Origin: Balamuthia mandrillaris
Taxonomy: Eukaryota
Assembly (NCBI GenBank): GCA_031835245.2
Contig: JAVKOQ020000115.1
Location: forward strand, 1 to 64,000
Length of the DNA: 64,000 nucleotides
Direction: 5' to 3'
Made by a program: the position numbers and the translations under genes. Positions 30,701-43,556 of the stretch are shown here, piece after piece. Each line of letters begins with the position of its first letter. Position 1 is the first letter of the stretch. The notes beneath the pieces are model-generated. The model did no database searches. It had not been told where the DNA came from and was given only the letters and a program-made list of their open reading frames with translations.

Positions 30701-33700
30701 TTGTGCTTCATTTCGTTGTGAACTTAATGATTACTTATTCTCCTCTTTCTTTTAATCTTTTTAGCTTGCTTCGAATGATCCATCCGAAGCTATAGTGGCC
30801 AAAGTGGCAGGTAATATTACAATGTTCCATCCACGTCGCCTATATTGCATGACTCATTTTTTTTCTTCTTCAGACTTTGGTTTATCAACACAGCTTACAT
30901 CCTCGCAGATTGGACGGCAGGTATCAAACTACGCATGGCTCCCTCCTGAAATCCTAACAGGAGGAGAATATAATGAAAAGGCTGATGTTTATGGCTTTGG
31001 CATCATTTTATGGGTTTGTTGTTTTTGTTTTGTATTATACCCCTTTGCTCACCGAAATAAACTATAGGAGTTACTAACGAGAGCACATCCGTTCGCGGAG
31101 TATCAAGCTGAGTACGCCTTCTCTTACCAACTGGAGGATGCCATAGTGGCAGGACTGCGACCTACCTTCCCTGAGGCGACCCATCCTCACGAACAACAGT
31201 ATATCAAGCTGATTATGGAGTGCTGGGACAAAGCCCCTGACAACCGCCCTTCTTTCGACTCGATCGTTGCCAGACTCTCTGATATTCGTGCTAACCTTCA
31301 ACCAACCCGTCCATGGGAAGCTAAAGAAGCAGCTGTACTTGAGAAGAGCACTTTGGAAGAAGAACTGGATGTGGAGGATGAGTCAAATGATACAACACAA
31401 AAGGCTGGTGGTGCCGCTTCGTTCTTCTGTAAGAGTGATGCGGATTATACGCCTGCGTTGCCTCCTGCTGCCCCTTCAGCTTCAGCTTCAGCTTCTGCGT
31501 TACCTCCTGCTGTGTCAACCTCTTCCTCCTCGCCTCCTCTTTTCTCTCTGGCATCTTCTTTATCTTCTTCTTTGTCCTCCGCCTCAATGCTGGCTTCCAT
31601 ACCAAAGCACCTCACCAGGAAGGCATCGTCTGGCATCTTCTCTGGCTCTCACTCCTCTCCAAGCAGCCCAAGGAAAGCATCACTCTCCACTCTTTCCAAC
31701 GTTAGCACCGACTCAAACAGCAACAACAGTGAAACAACATCTGCAGCGGCTGAGGAGCAACCACTGACCAATCTTGGCAAAGCATCTCGCACGCCGCCAC
31801 CTTTGGCTCCGCTACCATCCCGTAGGGCCACTTATGATAGCGCTGCAAGGGCACGAGCCCGCGGTGTGCTCACCAGAATAAACGAAGATGAGGGTGATGT
31901 TGAGAGTGGAAAAGAAGAAGAAATCGCTGATCATGAGGCTACAAAAGATAATGTGACGGACAGCGGCAGCAGCAGCACCATTGGTTCTTCTACCACTGTG
32001 AACAGAACCAGAAGCAGGAGCAGGAGTAGAAGTAGTAGTGGTGGAAGCAAAGAGGACACTATCAAGAAAGCAACCGATTCTTCTTCCGCTTCCTCTTCGT
32101 CAAACGGTGCTACCGAGTCTGCATCAGAAGTTCCAAGCGTGCCGATGGCAATAGCACAGCAGCATAGCTTCTTGAACTTAATGGACAATCTCCCTCAAGA
32201 CAGCTCTGGGATGCAGTTTCTCTCCAATTCTCAGCCTCTTCGCCTTCGTCGCACAACTTCTTCTCGCGCCAACTCGTTGCCACCACAAAAGGGCTCCGGT
32301 GTTATCACCGCAGAAAAGAACCAAAATAATAACATTGCGTCAGCGCCTTCCTCTCCTCAAATGATGGACGGAGCGATTGTCGCTATTCAGCTCGTTGACA
32401 ACGAGCAGTCCATTGATAAGTTTGCTTGGATTGGCCTTCGTACCTCTGCTTCCTCTTTCATCTCCATTTGGAATTTATCAAACAATGTACGCTTTCTCGC
32501 ATGCTCTCTCTCTCTCTCTCTCTCTCTCCCTTCCTCTCTCCCCTTGTCGCTCATAACTTGTGTTTTGCAATGAACATAGGCACACGTGAAAACACTAGCA
32601 GTACCAAATTGCGCAGAGATCTATTGCGTGATGGATACCACTTGCAACACAGTTTGGACAGGCACATCTCTTGGTATTAATGTTTGGGATCAGCACAAGC
32701 ATAAATTGAAAAAGAAATTCAAAGCCAATGAACCAACTTCTGCCATGGCTTGCATCGATGACACTGTGTGGTGCGTTCACAGTTCCACCACCGAAACGTC
32801 TGTCATTATTCGTGACCAAAAGGTAAGTTTAAAAAGCCGTCGCATTTTAATTTTTATTCTCTTCATTTAAACCAACCATCCATTGCAGACATGTAAAAAG
32901 ATAAACGAAAAAGAAGATATCATTCTGGAAGGAATGGCTAACGTATTGCCGTATCTTTGTAAAGCTGGCCGTAATGTTTGGATTGCTTGTGGTAATACTA
33001 TATTTGTTTTTGACGCACAGGTACTTTTCCCTCTTGATTGCAGCACCTGTTCAAGTAAACTTATCTCCTCTTAGTCAAGAAAAGCAGCAGGTAACTTGAT
33101 TGGAGTTTATCGCGGAAGTCCCATTCGGTCATTAGTGTCTCAGCAAGACCAGATTTGGATATGCTCAGAGGACGGCACTATTCAAGTGTGGACTCCAGAG
33201 GTTCTTTCCTTCTTTCTTTTCTTTCTTAAGATTACTTATTGACAATGAAACAACAAAAGGGACAAGTATTAAACACAATCCAAGGGCATTGTCATGGGTT
33301 GGAATGTCGTGGAGCTGCCTTGAATGCATATCGTAATATTATTTGGGGTGTTTTTGCTGTGAAGGAAAAGAAAAAGCCTTTCAAGAATGCGTTGGCTGCT
33401 TGGGAGACTTCGGTGCGCGCTTCTTCTCACGCTTTTTAGCACAGCAGTCTCTTTCTCTTTTTCTCTCTGACAAGATTCTCGTCCTTATTGTAGAGTCGCA
33501 AACAAATAGTGGAATTTATGCCCAAGTCGAAAGATAAAACGTCTAAGGAAAAAGATAAAGAACAGCATGAAGCCACAGAAGGAAGCACTTACGAGGAGGA
33601 GGAGGAAGAAGAAAAGGAACAAGAACGAGAACGAAAGGATAAGACTTTGAAAGAAGATACACCTGTACAGAAACCATGTGTGATGGCACTCGGGATCAAG

Positions 33701-34090
33701 ACGGCATGGACCAATAGCTGCACACGTCCCGGATGCATCCAAGTGTGGAAAGTGGGCAACAGGCCGATGCGTTCTAAAACGTTGCCTCGATTGACAAGAC
33801 GCAACGAGGTGAGCGCTCCATCTCGACTACTTCGGAATTCCTCAGCAAGCGCAGGACTGGATGTCATCACCCACAAAATAGACTTTAGTGCCTCCTCCTC
33901 GGAGAAGGGAGATGCTTTGGCGGAGGCAACTAAACCTCCAGATTCACCAACGCGGACAAAGAAGCAGAAGAAGGAAGAAAAAGAAAAGAAGAAGAAAGCC
34001 CAGAAACTCAAGAAGAGGGGCAACAGTTTCATGCTCAGAGGAAAGAAAAACAAGGACGAGCTGCCATATTTTGTGGATAAGGATGCCTAG
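25223..34090 (+). CDS. Roco-family kinase (RI-like LRR, LRR, ROC, COR, TKL kinase, WD40-like region); many exons
   Basis: LRRs; ROC KLMVVGEANVGKT, WDFAGQ, VGTHLD; COR LVFLDPQWLTDV, FLPLGFFSRL; kinase GRGSFANVY, VAVK, HGDLKSPNIL, DFG, WLPPE, DVYGFG; termini approximate. Confidence 0.9.
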
Positions 34091-34182
34091 AGGCAAATGT
34101 ATCAATATATTTTACAGAAAGATGAGAATTTGATTTGTGGCTCTTTGCCAGCAGTGAAGCACACCGCCTACCCAAGGCATAA

Positions 34183-37100
34183 TCATTGGCGGCCATCGCC
34201 GTTGCTATCGCTATCGCTGTTGGTATCGCTATCTTCCAAAGCTGAAGGAGAGTTCTGCAAGAAAGAATCAGCTGTGTCCTCTTCAGACAATTCAATGTCC
34301 TGTTCCTTGATAATAGCAAAGGTCTTGGGTCTCGCAGTGATCAAAGTGAGTGCCGTTAACACAACGAAGGCCACCACCAGAGACGCCACCATCAATCCAT
34401 ACAATATCCAAAAGACCACTGCCGGCTCCAGAATGGTGAAGCCAATGCAGATGTTGACAACAGCCAGAACCAAGCCCATTCTGCCAAACCAAAAGTGGAA
34501 CAAGGCCCAGATACTTCGCCATCTATGCCCTTTGCCCGGTCTCAAGAAACCAGCCAGCATAACTGCTCCTCCTATGGACATGACGGTGAAGCCGATTCCC
34601 ATGTGCGTGGCGTGAGTCTCAGAGCCAGCCGTCAGCCCAAGCCACAGAGCCACTAACGCTATTAGCAGACCTAGCACTTGGAAGACTCGGTGAAGATGGA
34701 ACCACAAGGGGTCATAACGTTTGAAGAACCTTGGCCAGAACGTGCCCAGAGGAAGCAATATGCCCCAGCCAAGTGCCATGAGGAGGCCATGTAGCTTTAG
34801 CTTCAGTTGACGACCGTCATCAACGTGCACGCTACCACTAGCAAAGTCTATAGAACCTGATCCAAAGTTTGCGTGATGATCAGCTGGTCCTTGTCCTGTC
34901 CAAGCGCCGGTGGCATAGACCACGTCGTGTTTGTCGCCAACGATGCCAAGCAACCTGACAAAGACCGTCAACTGTGCACCATCACTTACCACCATTTTGT
35001 TGGTGACATTAAGAGCGTCGTTCTCTTTGTCGGCTCCTCTCGGCGAGTCCACCAGACGATAGGCAAAGGCATCCACCTCAGCGTGTGATGCAATCAAGAC
35101 GTTGGAGCCAACCATCTTTCCCGCAGTCTTGGCGAAGCCGTATCCCAGCCATCCCTCCACATTATCCATTTGAAAGGCCATCGTCAGGTCCTCATTGTCA
35201 TGGCGAGTCCAGAAAACCTTTAGCGTTTTGTCATTGAGAGGAAGCTCGGAGCAATGAGTGAAGCTGCGAGTGATATCTCCAGCAGAAACCTTGCAGGAAT
35301 GGAGGGTCGGCGTAGGTTGGATTGAGCCTTGGCATGTCGAATGAGGATTGGGTCCTTTGCAGGTAAACTGAGGTAGAGTTTCCATCACCACCGGCAGCTC
35401 CCCCATATAATCGGTGCTATTTCCAGGGTTAGGTCCTAGAATGGCATTATTGCCGCAGAGGGTAAAGTTGCCAAGAGCCTTGCGCGAGTAGTAGCCACAA
35501 TGGAAGACCTGGTTCAGGTTTTCTTTTGGCCACACAAACATGAAGTTGTAAAGCATTTCCATGTCGGAAGCATCGCCGAATTCTACTGGATGGTCCAGTT
35601 TGGATGTGTCATACACGCCGTGAAGGTTGAGTTTATCGCCAGGGTGGATAGTGTAGAGGGTTGAGTGAGTCATGGCGACTTGCTGGAATCCAAAATTCCA
35701 ATAGTCGATCCTGCCAACCACGCTAGGAGCGCTGGAACTAGCGGAAGAAGTTTTGGTCATATAGATCTGTCGTCCGACAGAGTGCATATGAAGAAACGCG
35801 CCAAACACATTCAGGGGACCTGCGAAGGTGTTGGTGCAGGCGCTTGGGCATGATACCTCATAGTGGAATGCAGACTGGCGTGCAGGTATAGGAGCTAGAT
35901 TTAATCCAATATCTCCAACGGTAAGAGAGGTCGCCTCGTACTGACGAGTGGACAGGTCCTTGGTGAAATGCAAGCGTACGCCTGAAGAGTCAACCACACC
36001 CTTCTGCTTGGGCATGCCGGGATTGTCATAATGAATCTCTAAGATGATGTACTGCGTGTACTGCTCCCCAATCCTCAGTCCAACATCGTCGGGGAGTAGC
36101 ATGGGGCCACTACCAACCGCCCACCCAAACATCAACGACACACAGGGGCCGTGGCTGAAAGGAGATATACCATACATGTCCCCTTCCGCTGGCTCTCCAC
36201 TACAAACGTTGTGTCCAGGATAGTGCATGGCCACAATATCGGACATGGAGGCACCGTTTCCACAACCGTGCACCAGCATGTGGTGGACATGTTTGTCTTT
36301 GACAATGGGCTCCATAAACACGACGTTCCTCGAGCCAGGTCCTATGAGCTCCGTTACGTTGAAGCTTCGGCAAATGTACTGGGTCGTGGCAGTGTCAGAG
36401 ACAGCGTAAGAGTCCATGAGCAGTTCCACGGAGGAGACAACATCCTCTGGAGGGCTTGTCTGCGGTGGTTCGCGCAAAGAAAAGTCGATAGCAGTTGCTC
36501 CTCGCCGGTTAGAGTGATAGGAAACGGTGTCTCCCGAGGCAGACCATGAGTAGACTACCCGCTGAAGCCCTCCAGAGGGAAAGATAGGGCGGTCATGTGG
36601 GTCTGCAGTGTCGAGCGCTCGTCGGAGGATGACAGTGGTGTAGCCGTCCTCTTGTTTTCCAAACAACACCTCCCAATGAGAACAGTTGTCCAACTCGGGG
36701 AATGGCATGGGGTCAGCTTGCAACGGATAAGCAGCCCAAGGCACATGTCGGTCCTGTTATAAAAGTTTACCATATGTTTGGTTATTCCATGGTTGCTGCT
36801 CTGGGATAACAACGATGTAACAATAAAAAGAAAAACATCTCGACAAACCTCAGCAACAGTAGTGCCGTCTAGGTCATTTACGTATGCAGTTACTATGTCA
36901 GCTCCCAACATAGACCCTGAGGTTTGTTCAGCCAGTCCGAAGCCCAACCAGCCTGTGACCTATTGCCACCAACAAAAAAGAAAATCTATTTGGGACTAGT
37001 TTAAAAAAAACAAGAGCGAGGAGAGGGGTTGCAAATCAAACCTGGGCGCTAAGTCTGAGCGTCAACGCGTTGTTGGCTAGCTTCCACGAAACCTGGTAGT

Positions 37101-37266
37101 GGCTGTCTTCGTCGAGCAGCATGGAACCCGTAAACCCAATGTCCGGCTCTTCCTCGCATTGCTTGGGCGGCACATCTCCGTGACAGGTGCCCTCCTCCAG
37201 TGCCAGGATAACGAGGGCGAGCAACGCAGCGTACAAGGCCTTTGGCTCACGGCGTGTGGCCCACAT
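34183..37266 (-). CDS. Signal peptide-DOMON-copper type II monooxygenase (DBH/MOXD1-like)-DOMON-cytochrome b561 fusion
   Basis: DOMON GWFGFG..MLGADIV; Cu ligands HVHHML, LEIHYDNP, LHMH, EM; second DOMON GWLGYG..MVGS; b561 His motifs LHGLLM, WFHLHR, THATH, FHFWFGR. Confidence 0.9.
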
Positions 37267-37547
37267 CTGCTTGGCTTCCACGGTCGCTGGCTCGAAAGGG
37301 TAGTACGTTGCCCGTTCCGCGCTTATTACCGAAACTCGGAAAACTCCATCTTTTTGGCTGGCCACACCATTACGCAGAAGGGATCTCGTGGTCCGGGTTC
37401 GAATCCCAAGCTTGGTCATTTGATTTTTTGGCCGGATTACCTCTGATTGGTTGGGTGACGTGTCGCGTTTAATTGGGCCACACACACCGCTACTGCATTC
37501 ATTGGCACCAAGAAGAAAACTAAAAAGCAAGAACAAAGAAGGAAGAG

Positions 37548-37923
37548 ATGGCCTCCAACCTGAAGGCAAAGTTCGAGGAGTTGGCTCGCCCCAAAGATCC
37601 CACGATGGAGGAAGTGGAAGTGAAGGTAATCTGAGCAACGCATGCAATGTTTCTGTTATCACTTGCCGTAAAGTTATATAACTTTTTTTTTTAATTATTT
37701 CTGTCGCAAAGACCGGCAAGTGGTCCAACTCTGGAAACAGTGGAGGTGGCCACACCGGACATGACGGCAAATTCAAGCCGGTACGTTCGTCGTCGCTCTC
37801 ACCTCCTTGCACTTTTTCTTTGTATGTTCATACCTGTTCTTTGCTTTCTCTAAACAGGAAGTCCGCAAGGAGGAAAGGAAGAAGCCCCCACCACCAAAGA
37901 AGTCCCTTGCCGACTTGCCATGA
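37548..37923 (+). CDS. 70-aa micro-protein ending PPPPKKSLADLP (exons 37548-37625, 37712-37780, 37858-37923)
   Basis: GT-AG introns join in phase 0 to give MASNLKAKFEELARPKDPTMEEVEVKTGKWSNSGNSGGGHTGHDGKFKPEVRKEERKKPPPPKKSLADLP*; paralog at 60809. Confidence 0.75.
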
Positions 37924-38008
37924 GCACAGACGCCTTAAACACAGTTTGTTTGACGATACCTTCCTTTCCATTTATAAATAAGTATTGGTTGTTTATTGAG
38001 GCGCTCGC

Positions 38009-39157
38009 TCAGTTCTTTTTAACCTTCTTCTTTGGCTTTTTTGAGGGGGTCTCTGCACCTTCTTGCGTCTTGTTGCTAGTGCTGTCTTCCTTCTTGCTCT
38101 TCTTGTTTTTCTTTTTCTTTTTCTTTTTCTCAGGAGTCTCGGCTTGCTTCTCTTCCTTCTCCTCTTTTTGCTCAGCGGCTGCTTTCTCTGCTCGCTTTCT
38201 CTTCCGCTTAGATTTGCTTGCCTTGTCGCTGGTCTTTTCTTTCTTTGGTTGCTCTTTTGCCTTTGCTTCTTGCACCATTGCTTGAAGCTCTGTCGCGTCC
38301 TTTTCTTCACCTTCCTCCGCTTCCTCCTCTTCTTCCTCTCCCTCCTCTTCTTGTTCTTCATCGCTATCATCCACTTTGTCTTCGCCTTCATCTTCTTCCC
38401 TTCCTTTGTCGTTTTTGCGTTGTTTTGCCTCTTGCGCTAACTTATTGGCACGTACCATGTGAGAGGTCATCACAAGCATGATCTGTTGCTGCTTCTCCGG
38501 GCCGCCCTTGATCTGTATCTCGAACATGCAGGTCTTGGCATGGTCGGGCATCAGCTCTGAGACGCAATCCCATGCGCTCCATGCCACGTTGGAGGAGCTG
38601 GAGCCAGTCTTCTCCACGCTGCCCTGTTCCAACACGAGATTGGCCCTTGAGGTTGAGAATCGAACAAGGACAGTGTCCTCTCCATCCTCTTCCTCTTCTT
38701 CATCGTCCTCAGGTTGTTGGTATGTAACGCTCAAGTTGGTCACGTGTTGCAGGCCGACGGAGACCTTGTACCTCCTCTTCTTGTCCCGTTCCACGATGAG
38801 GGCCTCCACGCGTGGATCCACTCTCGTAAGGAAGATCTTGAATTGCAGCTTCACAAAGTTGCCTTCGTCGGAGGAGCAGGCCCAGCTCTTTTGACCAATG
38901 ACCATCTTCTTGGCAAGAAAGTCTGGGCTCTTCACTTTCTCCACTTTGGTTTTGGGTTCTTGTTGGTCCTTGCGCTTCCTTTGGCCGGAGAAGCTGTCCC
39001 GTTTGCCGCCCCTTCCTCTGCTCATGCTCCTTCCCCTGCCTCTCCCCCTTCCTCCTCGACCACGTCCTCCGCCACGGCCTCTGCCTCCACCACTGCCGCC
39101 ACGACCACCACCGCCGCCGCCACGACCACCGCCACCACCTCGAGCTGCACCTCTCAT
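38009..39157 (-). CDS. Hypothetical protein with RGG N-terminus, folded core and acidic/Lys-rich tail (possibly nucleolar)
   Basis: 382-aa intronless ORF; GAR-like start, E/D tracts, poly-K. Confidence 0.75.
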   Translation of the reverse strand: MRGAARGGGGGRGGGGGGRGGSGGGRGRGGGRGRGGRGRGRGRSMSRGRGGKRDSFSGQRKRKDQQEPKTKVEKVKSPDFLAKKMVIGQKSWACSSDEGNFVKLQFKIFLTRVDPRVEALIVERDKKRRYKVSVGLQHVTNLSVTYQQPEDDEEEEEDGEDTVLVRFSTSRANLVLEQGSVEKTGSSSSNVAWSAWDCVSELMPDHAKTCMFEIQIKGGPEKQQQIMLVMTSHMVRANKLAQEAKQRKNDKGREEDEGEDKVDDSDEEQEEEGEEEEEEAEEGEEKDATELQAMVQEAKAKEQPKKEKTSDKASKSKRKRKRAEKAAAEQKEEKEEKQAETPEKKKKKKKNKKSKKEDSTSNKTQEGAETPSKKPKKKVKKN

Positions 39158-39515
39158 TTTTTGTTTGGTACCGGGAGGAAAAACTGTTGTTGTTGTTTTG
39201 ATCAGGAGTGTTAGTTAATCTCGCCGAGAAAGTCAAAGGGCAGTTGACAGCGCAGCGACAGGGTGCGCTAAAAGCAAACACGACAGAGTGGAGAGGGGGA
39301 AAAAAACATACCGCAGTGAACAAGTCCGCCCTTGTTGTTTTTAAACACCAACAAGAAAGAGAAAAAAAAAAGCAAAAAGAAGAAAGAAAAAAAAGAGAAA
39401 GAAAGAAAAAAGAAAGACCTGTGGAGCTCCAATGGTGCAGGGGCTGTGCAGGGTATGCGGTGGTGACGTGGCTTTTCTCTCCTGGAACACCTGCCGCAAA
39501 AGAAAGCCACAGCGA

Positions 39516-39559
<44 letters not shown>
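39516..39559. repeat. (CCAG)11 tetranucleotide repeat just upstream of NUS1
   Basis: Directly visible tandem repeat. Confidence 0.95.
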
Positions 39560-39561
<2 letters not shown>

Positions 39562-39590
39562 TGTCGGCCTCCTCGCAACAAAGAGAGTAA

Positions 39591-40668
39591 ATGAGGAAGA
39601 AGAAGGTCCAGGTGCAAGACCACCCAGTGGCGGCGGCACCGGTGGGGATGGTTCATGCAATTTGGCAGGGCATTCTCTTCGGGGTCTGGCGCACCCTGTT
39701 GTGGCTCGTCCAACTGTGGCGGAGCACCTTTTTGCTCCGACGGCAAGAGCAGTGGTGGCGGCGGTACCAACCATCAGCATCCCCAGCGGCTTGCCTGTGG
39801 CGGCCGGATGGCACGCTGCGGCACCAAGTCCAAACACAAACCTCTTCTGCTAGCGCCTCTTCGTCTTCTTCTCGCAACAGTTTGTCCAAGGAGGACTTGC
39901 ACCGCCAGACCCTATACCTAAAGAAGCGACCCAACCACGTGGCGCTGGTCGTTGCCGAAGCGGAGGCTCTCTCCCTCAGCAGCAACAGCGACAAGGAGAG
40001 GACCACCGAAGGCACGTTGTCGGCCCTCCTTCGGGTGGTGGTTTGGCTGTTGGCCAGCGGTGTGCCTCACGTCTCCCTGTTCGATGGTAACGGGGAGCTG
40101 GCCGAGCGGGCGGACCTCATCCTGAGGGGACTGCAGGAGCAGAGCTTCTTGCAGTTGAGGGCGGTGCCTCCGGCTAGCCATGGCCTCCGTTGCGCCGAGA
40201 AGGATGCTCCCTACCGTCTTTGCTTTGATGTTGTAAGCAGCTGCGACAAGAAGAAGCAACAAAAGAAGGAGGAAAGGAAGGAAGAAGGAGAGGAGAGAGA
40301 AGAGAGCAAGCGGTTTTGTACAGTCAACATACTTTCTCATCACAGAGGGGGACGCTTCGACTTGGTCCAGGGGTTGAGGGACTATTGCCGGAACGTAGAG
40401 CAGTTGAGAAATTCTTCACCAGTGCCTATTCCTCTGCAGGAGCGGCTAACCAGAGACTCTGTCTACTCTTCTCTTTGTGGTTCGTTAGTCTAGTTCTTTG
40501 CAACGCTTTGTTTCTCTCCTTGTTGCTCTGACGTGTGATACTGATACAACAACAATAGGGTTAAGAGGGCTGGAAGATCCTCAGCTGATGCTCAAGTTTG
40601 ATAAAATAGAGGCACTGCCTGCTTTTCCTCCTTGGCACTCTGCTCTCATTGAAATTTTGTTCGTCTTT

Positions 40669-40713
<45 letters not shown>

Positions 40714-40854
40714 GTGGTTCCTTTAAAAACAAGAAATGAGGCTTACCCAACAAAATACAACAGGGAGTTAGGGCCGATCGGCAAAGTAGAATGGAGGGAC
40801 GTGTTGGGAGCGTTGCGGTGGTACTCTTCTTCTGTGCAGCGTTATGGTAGCTAG
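39591..40854 (+). CDS. NUS1: Dehydrodolichyl diphosphate synthase subunit Nus1/NgBR
   Basis: KRPNHVALV, GVPHVSLFDGNG, EDPQLMLKF..PAFPPWH, C-terminal RxG motif (QRYGS*). Confidence 0.88.
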
Positions 40855-41004
40855 CCCTTGTTGCTCCTACTTCAACCCAACAAAGGAAAACAACGAAAGA
40901 AGACGCATTGAATTGACGTGCTATCTCCCAGACTTATTTATGCAACTTTGTTGTATTTTTTTTTTTTGAAAGGTTAACAAGAACACGCAAAGACCTACCG
41001 CCTC

Positions 41005-42326
41005 TCAAAAGTCGTTCAAGACCATCAGAGTATCATCCAAATGAATTACAGAGTTCTCCAATCGGTCCGAAATGGTCTGCAAGTCCTGCTCCGTGAGCTC
41101 TCCGACCTCATCGTTGGTCCCTCCTCTCTCCAAATCTTGCGAACGCTCCAACTCAGCGGCCAACCGCATGCGCATGTTGCGAACGGCCTTGTACAGCTCC
41201 TCCGTAAGTTGAACCTTTATCTCGGGTATGCGCACCGACCAGAGGTAGAAGGTGCGAGAGGGCATGTGGTCTGACCCTTTGGGCACTTCTTGCAGATGCA
41301 CGAAGCCTGTGCTTAACATCTTGTAGAGACGTTCGCGGGTTTCACTCAGTGGAATGAGAGATAAGTCTGCTATCTAATGCGATGATATTTTTTCTTAGTA
41401 TTTAATTTGGTGAGTGAGAGAAGAGAGAGAACCTCTTTCTGTTCGAGTTGGCGTTTGATGGTAAGAAGACGAAAAATGCGTAGACTCAGGTAACCAAACT
41501 TGTCTCGAACGATGGACTCGATCATCTTAATGCGCAGTATTTGACTCAGGTTGTTCATGTCTGTGTGTGATTTGATTTGAAACATGCGTGTTAGCCAGTG
41601 GTGCGTTCTAAAGGAGAACGAATTAGAGTAGGGTGACACGAACTTATTACATAAGCCAGAGGTGAACTGCTCACCCGCGTAACCATTTGGGCTTTGTCCG
41701 TAGCCTGAAACATTTTTTTAGAGAAGAACAAACATAAAAAAATTGAAGTAATAAGAGAGATCTGGTACCATGATTTCGAGGTACTTTTTTAATGTCTCGT
41801 ACGAACTCACATCTGCAGCTAACATTTCTCCTTGTGTCATCTTCTCGTGCAGCTTTTCAGCATCAACAGGCACTGTGTCAAACATAAAGAATGTGAGAAA
41901 GAAGCGAAAGTAAGGTTAGCAAGGAAGGTAAGCAGGAAAGAAATACCAGATGTTTCGTCTTTAGCACTCTGTAGAAATGGCTCTGTCATTTGAAACATGG
42001 TTTTGATGATGGTACCCGCTGTTGCGTCCAGTTTCTCTCTTACAAGGTCTATACACGCCTATAAAGAGGGAGAAGAGATCTGTCAGTTGATTGAAAGACC
42101 AGTTTGTTGTTGTGTTGTGTTACTCACTTCGTGGCGAAAGTAGGTGTTGAATCTTTCATTATTCAGTCTCCAGTAAACCTGCCCTTCCTCAAATGTAGGG
42201 GCATTCGCATCAACATTTGCTTTCTAAAAAAGAACAATTAGGAATAAGATAACAGAATACAAGAAAGAAAGAGAATGTTACTTTTAAGGAAGATCCAGCA
42301 ATCGCTTTGGTTGGCGCTTTGCGTTT

Positions 42327-42364
<38 letters not shown>

Positions 42365-42691
42365 TTAGTAGGAAAGCAATGGCAAGAGACAGGAGAGAAG
42401 AGGAGGGAGACGCACCGAAGCACCTGTACGGAAGGAGGGATTCAAGTTCGAAGAACCTACGGAAGCGACACCAGGAGAATCCATGTCATCATAGTCATCT
42501 GCCGCCAGAGCCTTGGCACTCCTAGCTCTGCCACTGGAAGTGGCTGACGCCAAGCTCACTTCAGGGGGAGGAAGAGGCCGGGGCGCATCTGCCACCCTCA
42601 CGATGAAACGCTCTCGCACCATCTGCAGCAACGGTTTTGGATCCACTTCCTCCACTTTTGTTTTGTTTGAGCTTTTGCTTCGCGCAAAAAA

Positions 42692-42740
<49 letters not shown>

Positions 42741-43441
42741 GGAGAGCAAACAAAAGAGAGAAAAGTGAAGAGTTGCCACAAACCGCTGGCCAACGAGGCA
42801 GCGTGCTTCAAGATCTGTTCTTTGGTGAGCCGCCCATGTTCGATCAGTAACTGTAGCATCATTTCCGCCTGCAAAAAAAATAAAATAATAAACATAAACA
42901 ATGGGCAATAACGCATGTGTGCTTGTAGAAGAAGAGAAAGCACAACGGCCAATGGGCTTGGGAAGGACTAGCGTACCGCTGGTCCAAACTTTTTGTTAAC
43001 AGCGGCTAAAAACTTGGGATAACGCAGCCGCCAAAGCACGTTTTGTAGGTTGATGTGGTAGTAGGTGTCTATGGCTGGCTCGGTGGAGGTTTTTGTCGCT
43101 CCTCTTCCTCGTCGGCTGGAAGAAGTGTTGCTCGTGGAGGAAGAAGTACCCTCCGAGGAGACGTACTCTTCGGTAAAGGAGGCGATGTCGTGTTGAATGA
43201 GCAGCATGATGCAGCTCTTGACTTCCTCCGTGGGCATCTCACTGTGATGAACCAGTGCTTCTTGTGTCAGCCGGCCTTTGTGAAGCAAAAGCTCGCCGAT
43301 CCTCTTTATTTAAAACAACGAAAAAGAGAACTTGGGGTTAATATTGTATGATCGCACAATATATTACAAAACAACACATACGTGCACTCTCTCTCCAAAG
43401 TGTTCACGTATCAAGTCCCCAGCAAGCTTCACCGCCTCCAT
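41005..43441 (-). CDS. POLR3C: RNA polymerase III subunit RPC3 (C82/RPC62); many exons
   Basis: LIREHFGE, LIQHDI, LRYPKFL, YWRLNNERF, IESIVRDKFG..LRIFRLL, LQEVPK..SRTFYLW. Confidence 0.9.
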
Positions 43442-43556
43442 TCTTCTCGTTTTACTTTCTTCTTTCTATTTGTCGACAAAATTACAAACAACCAACGGAA
43501 AATCAAACAATTTGTGTCGACATACTAAAGCGCCTCTCGTGCACCAATGACCCGCG

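Noticed and set aside
38709..39770. 353-aa minus-strand ORF containing (WLAG)n
   Set aside because: Shadow frame across the (CCAG)n repeat, the NUS1 antisense strand and the RGG gene
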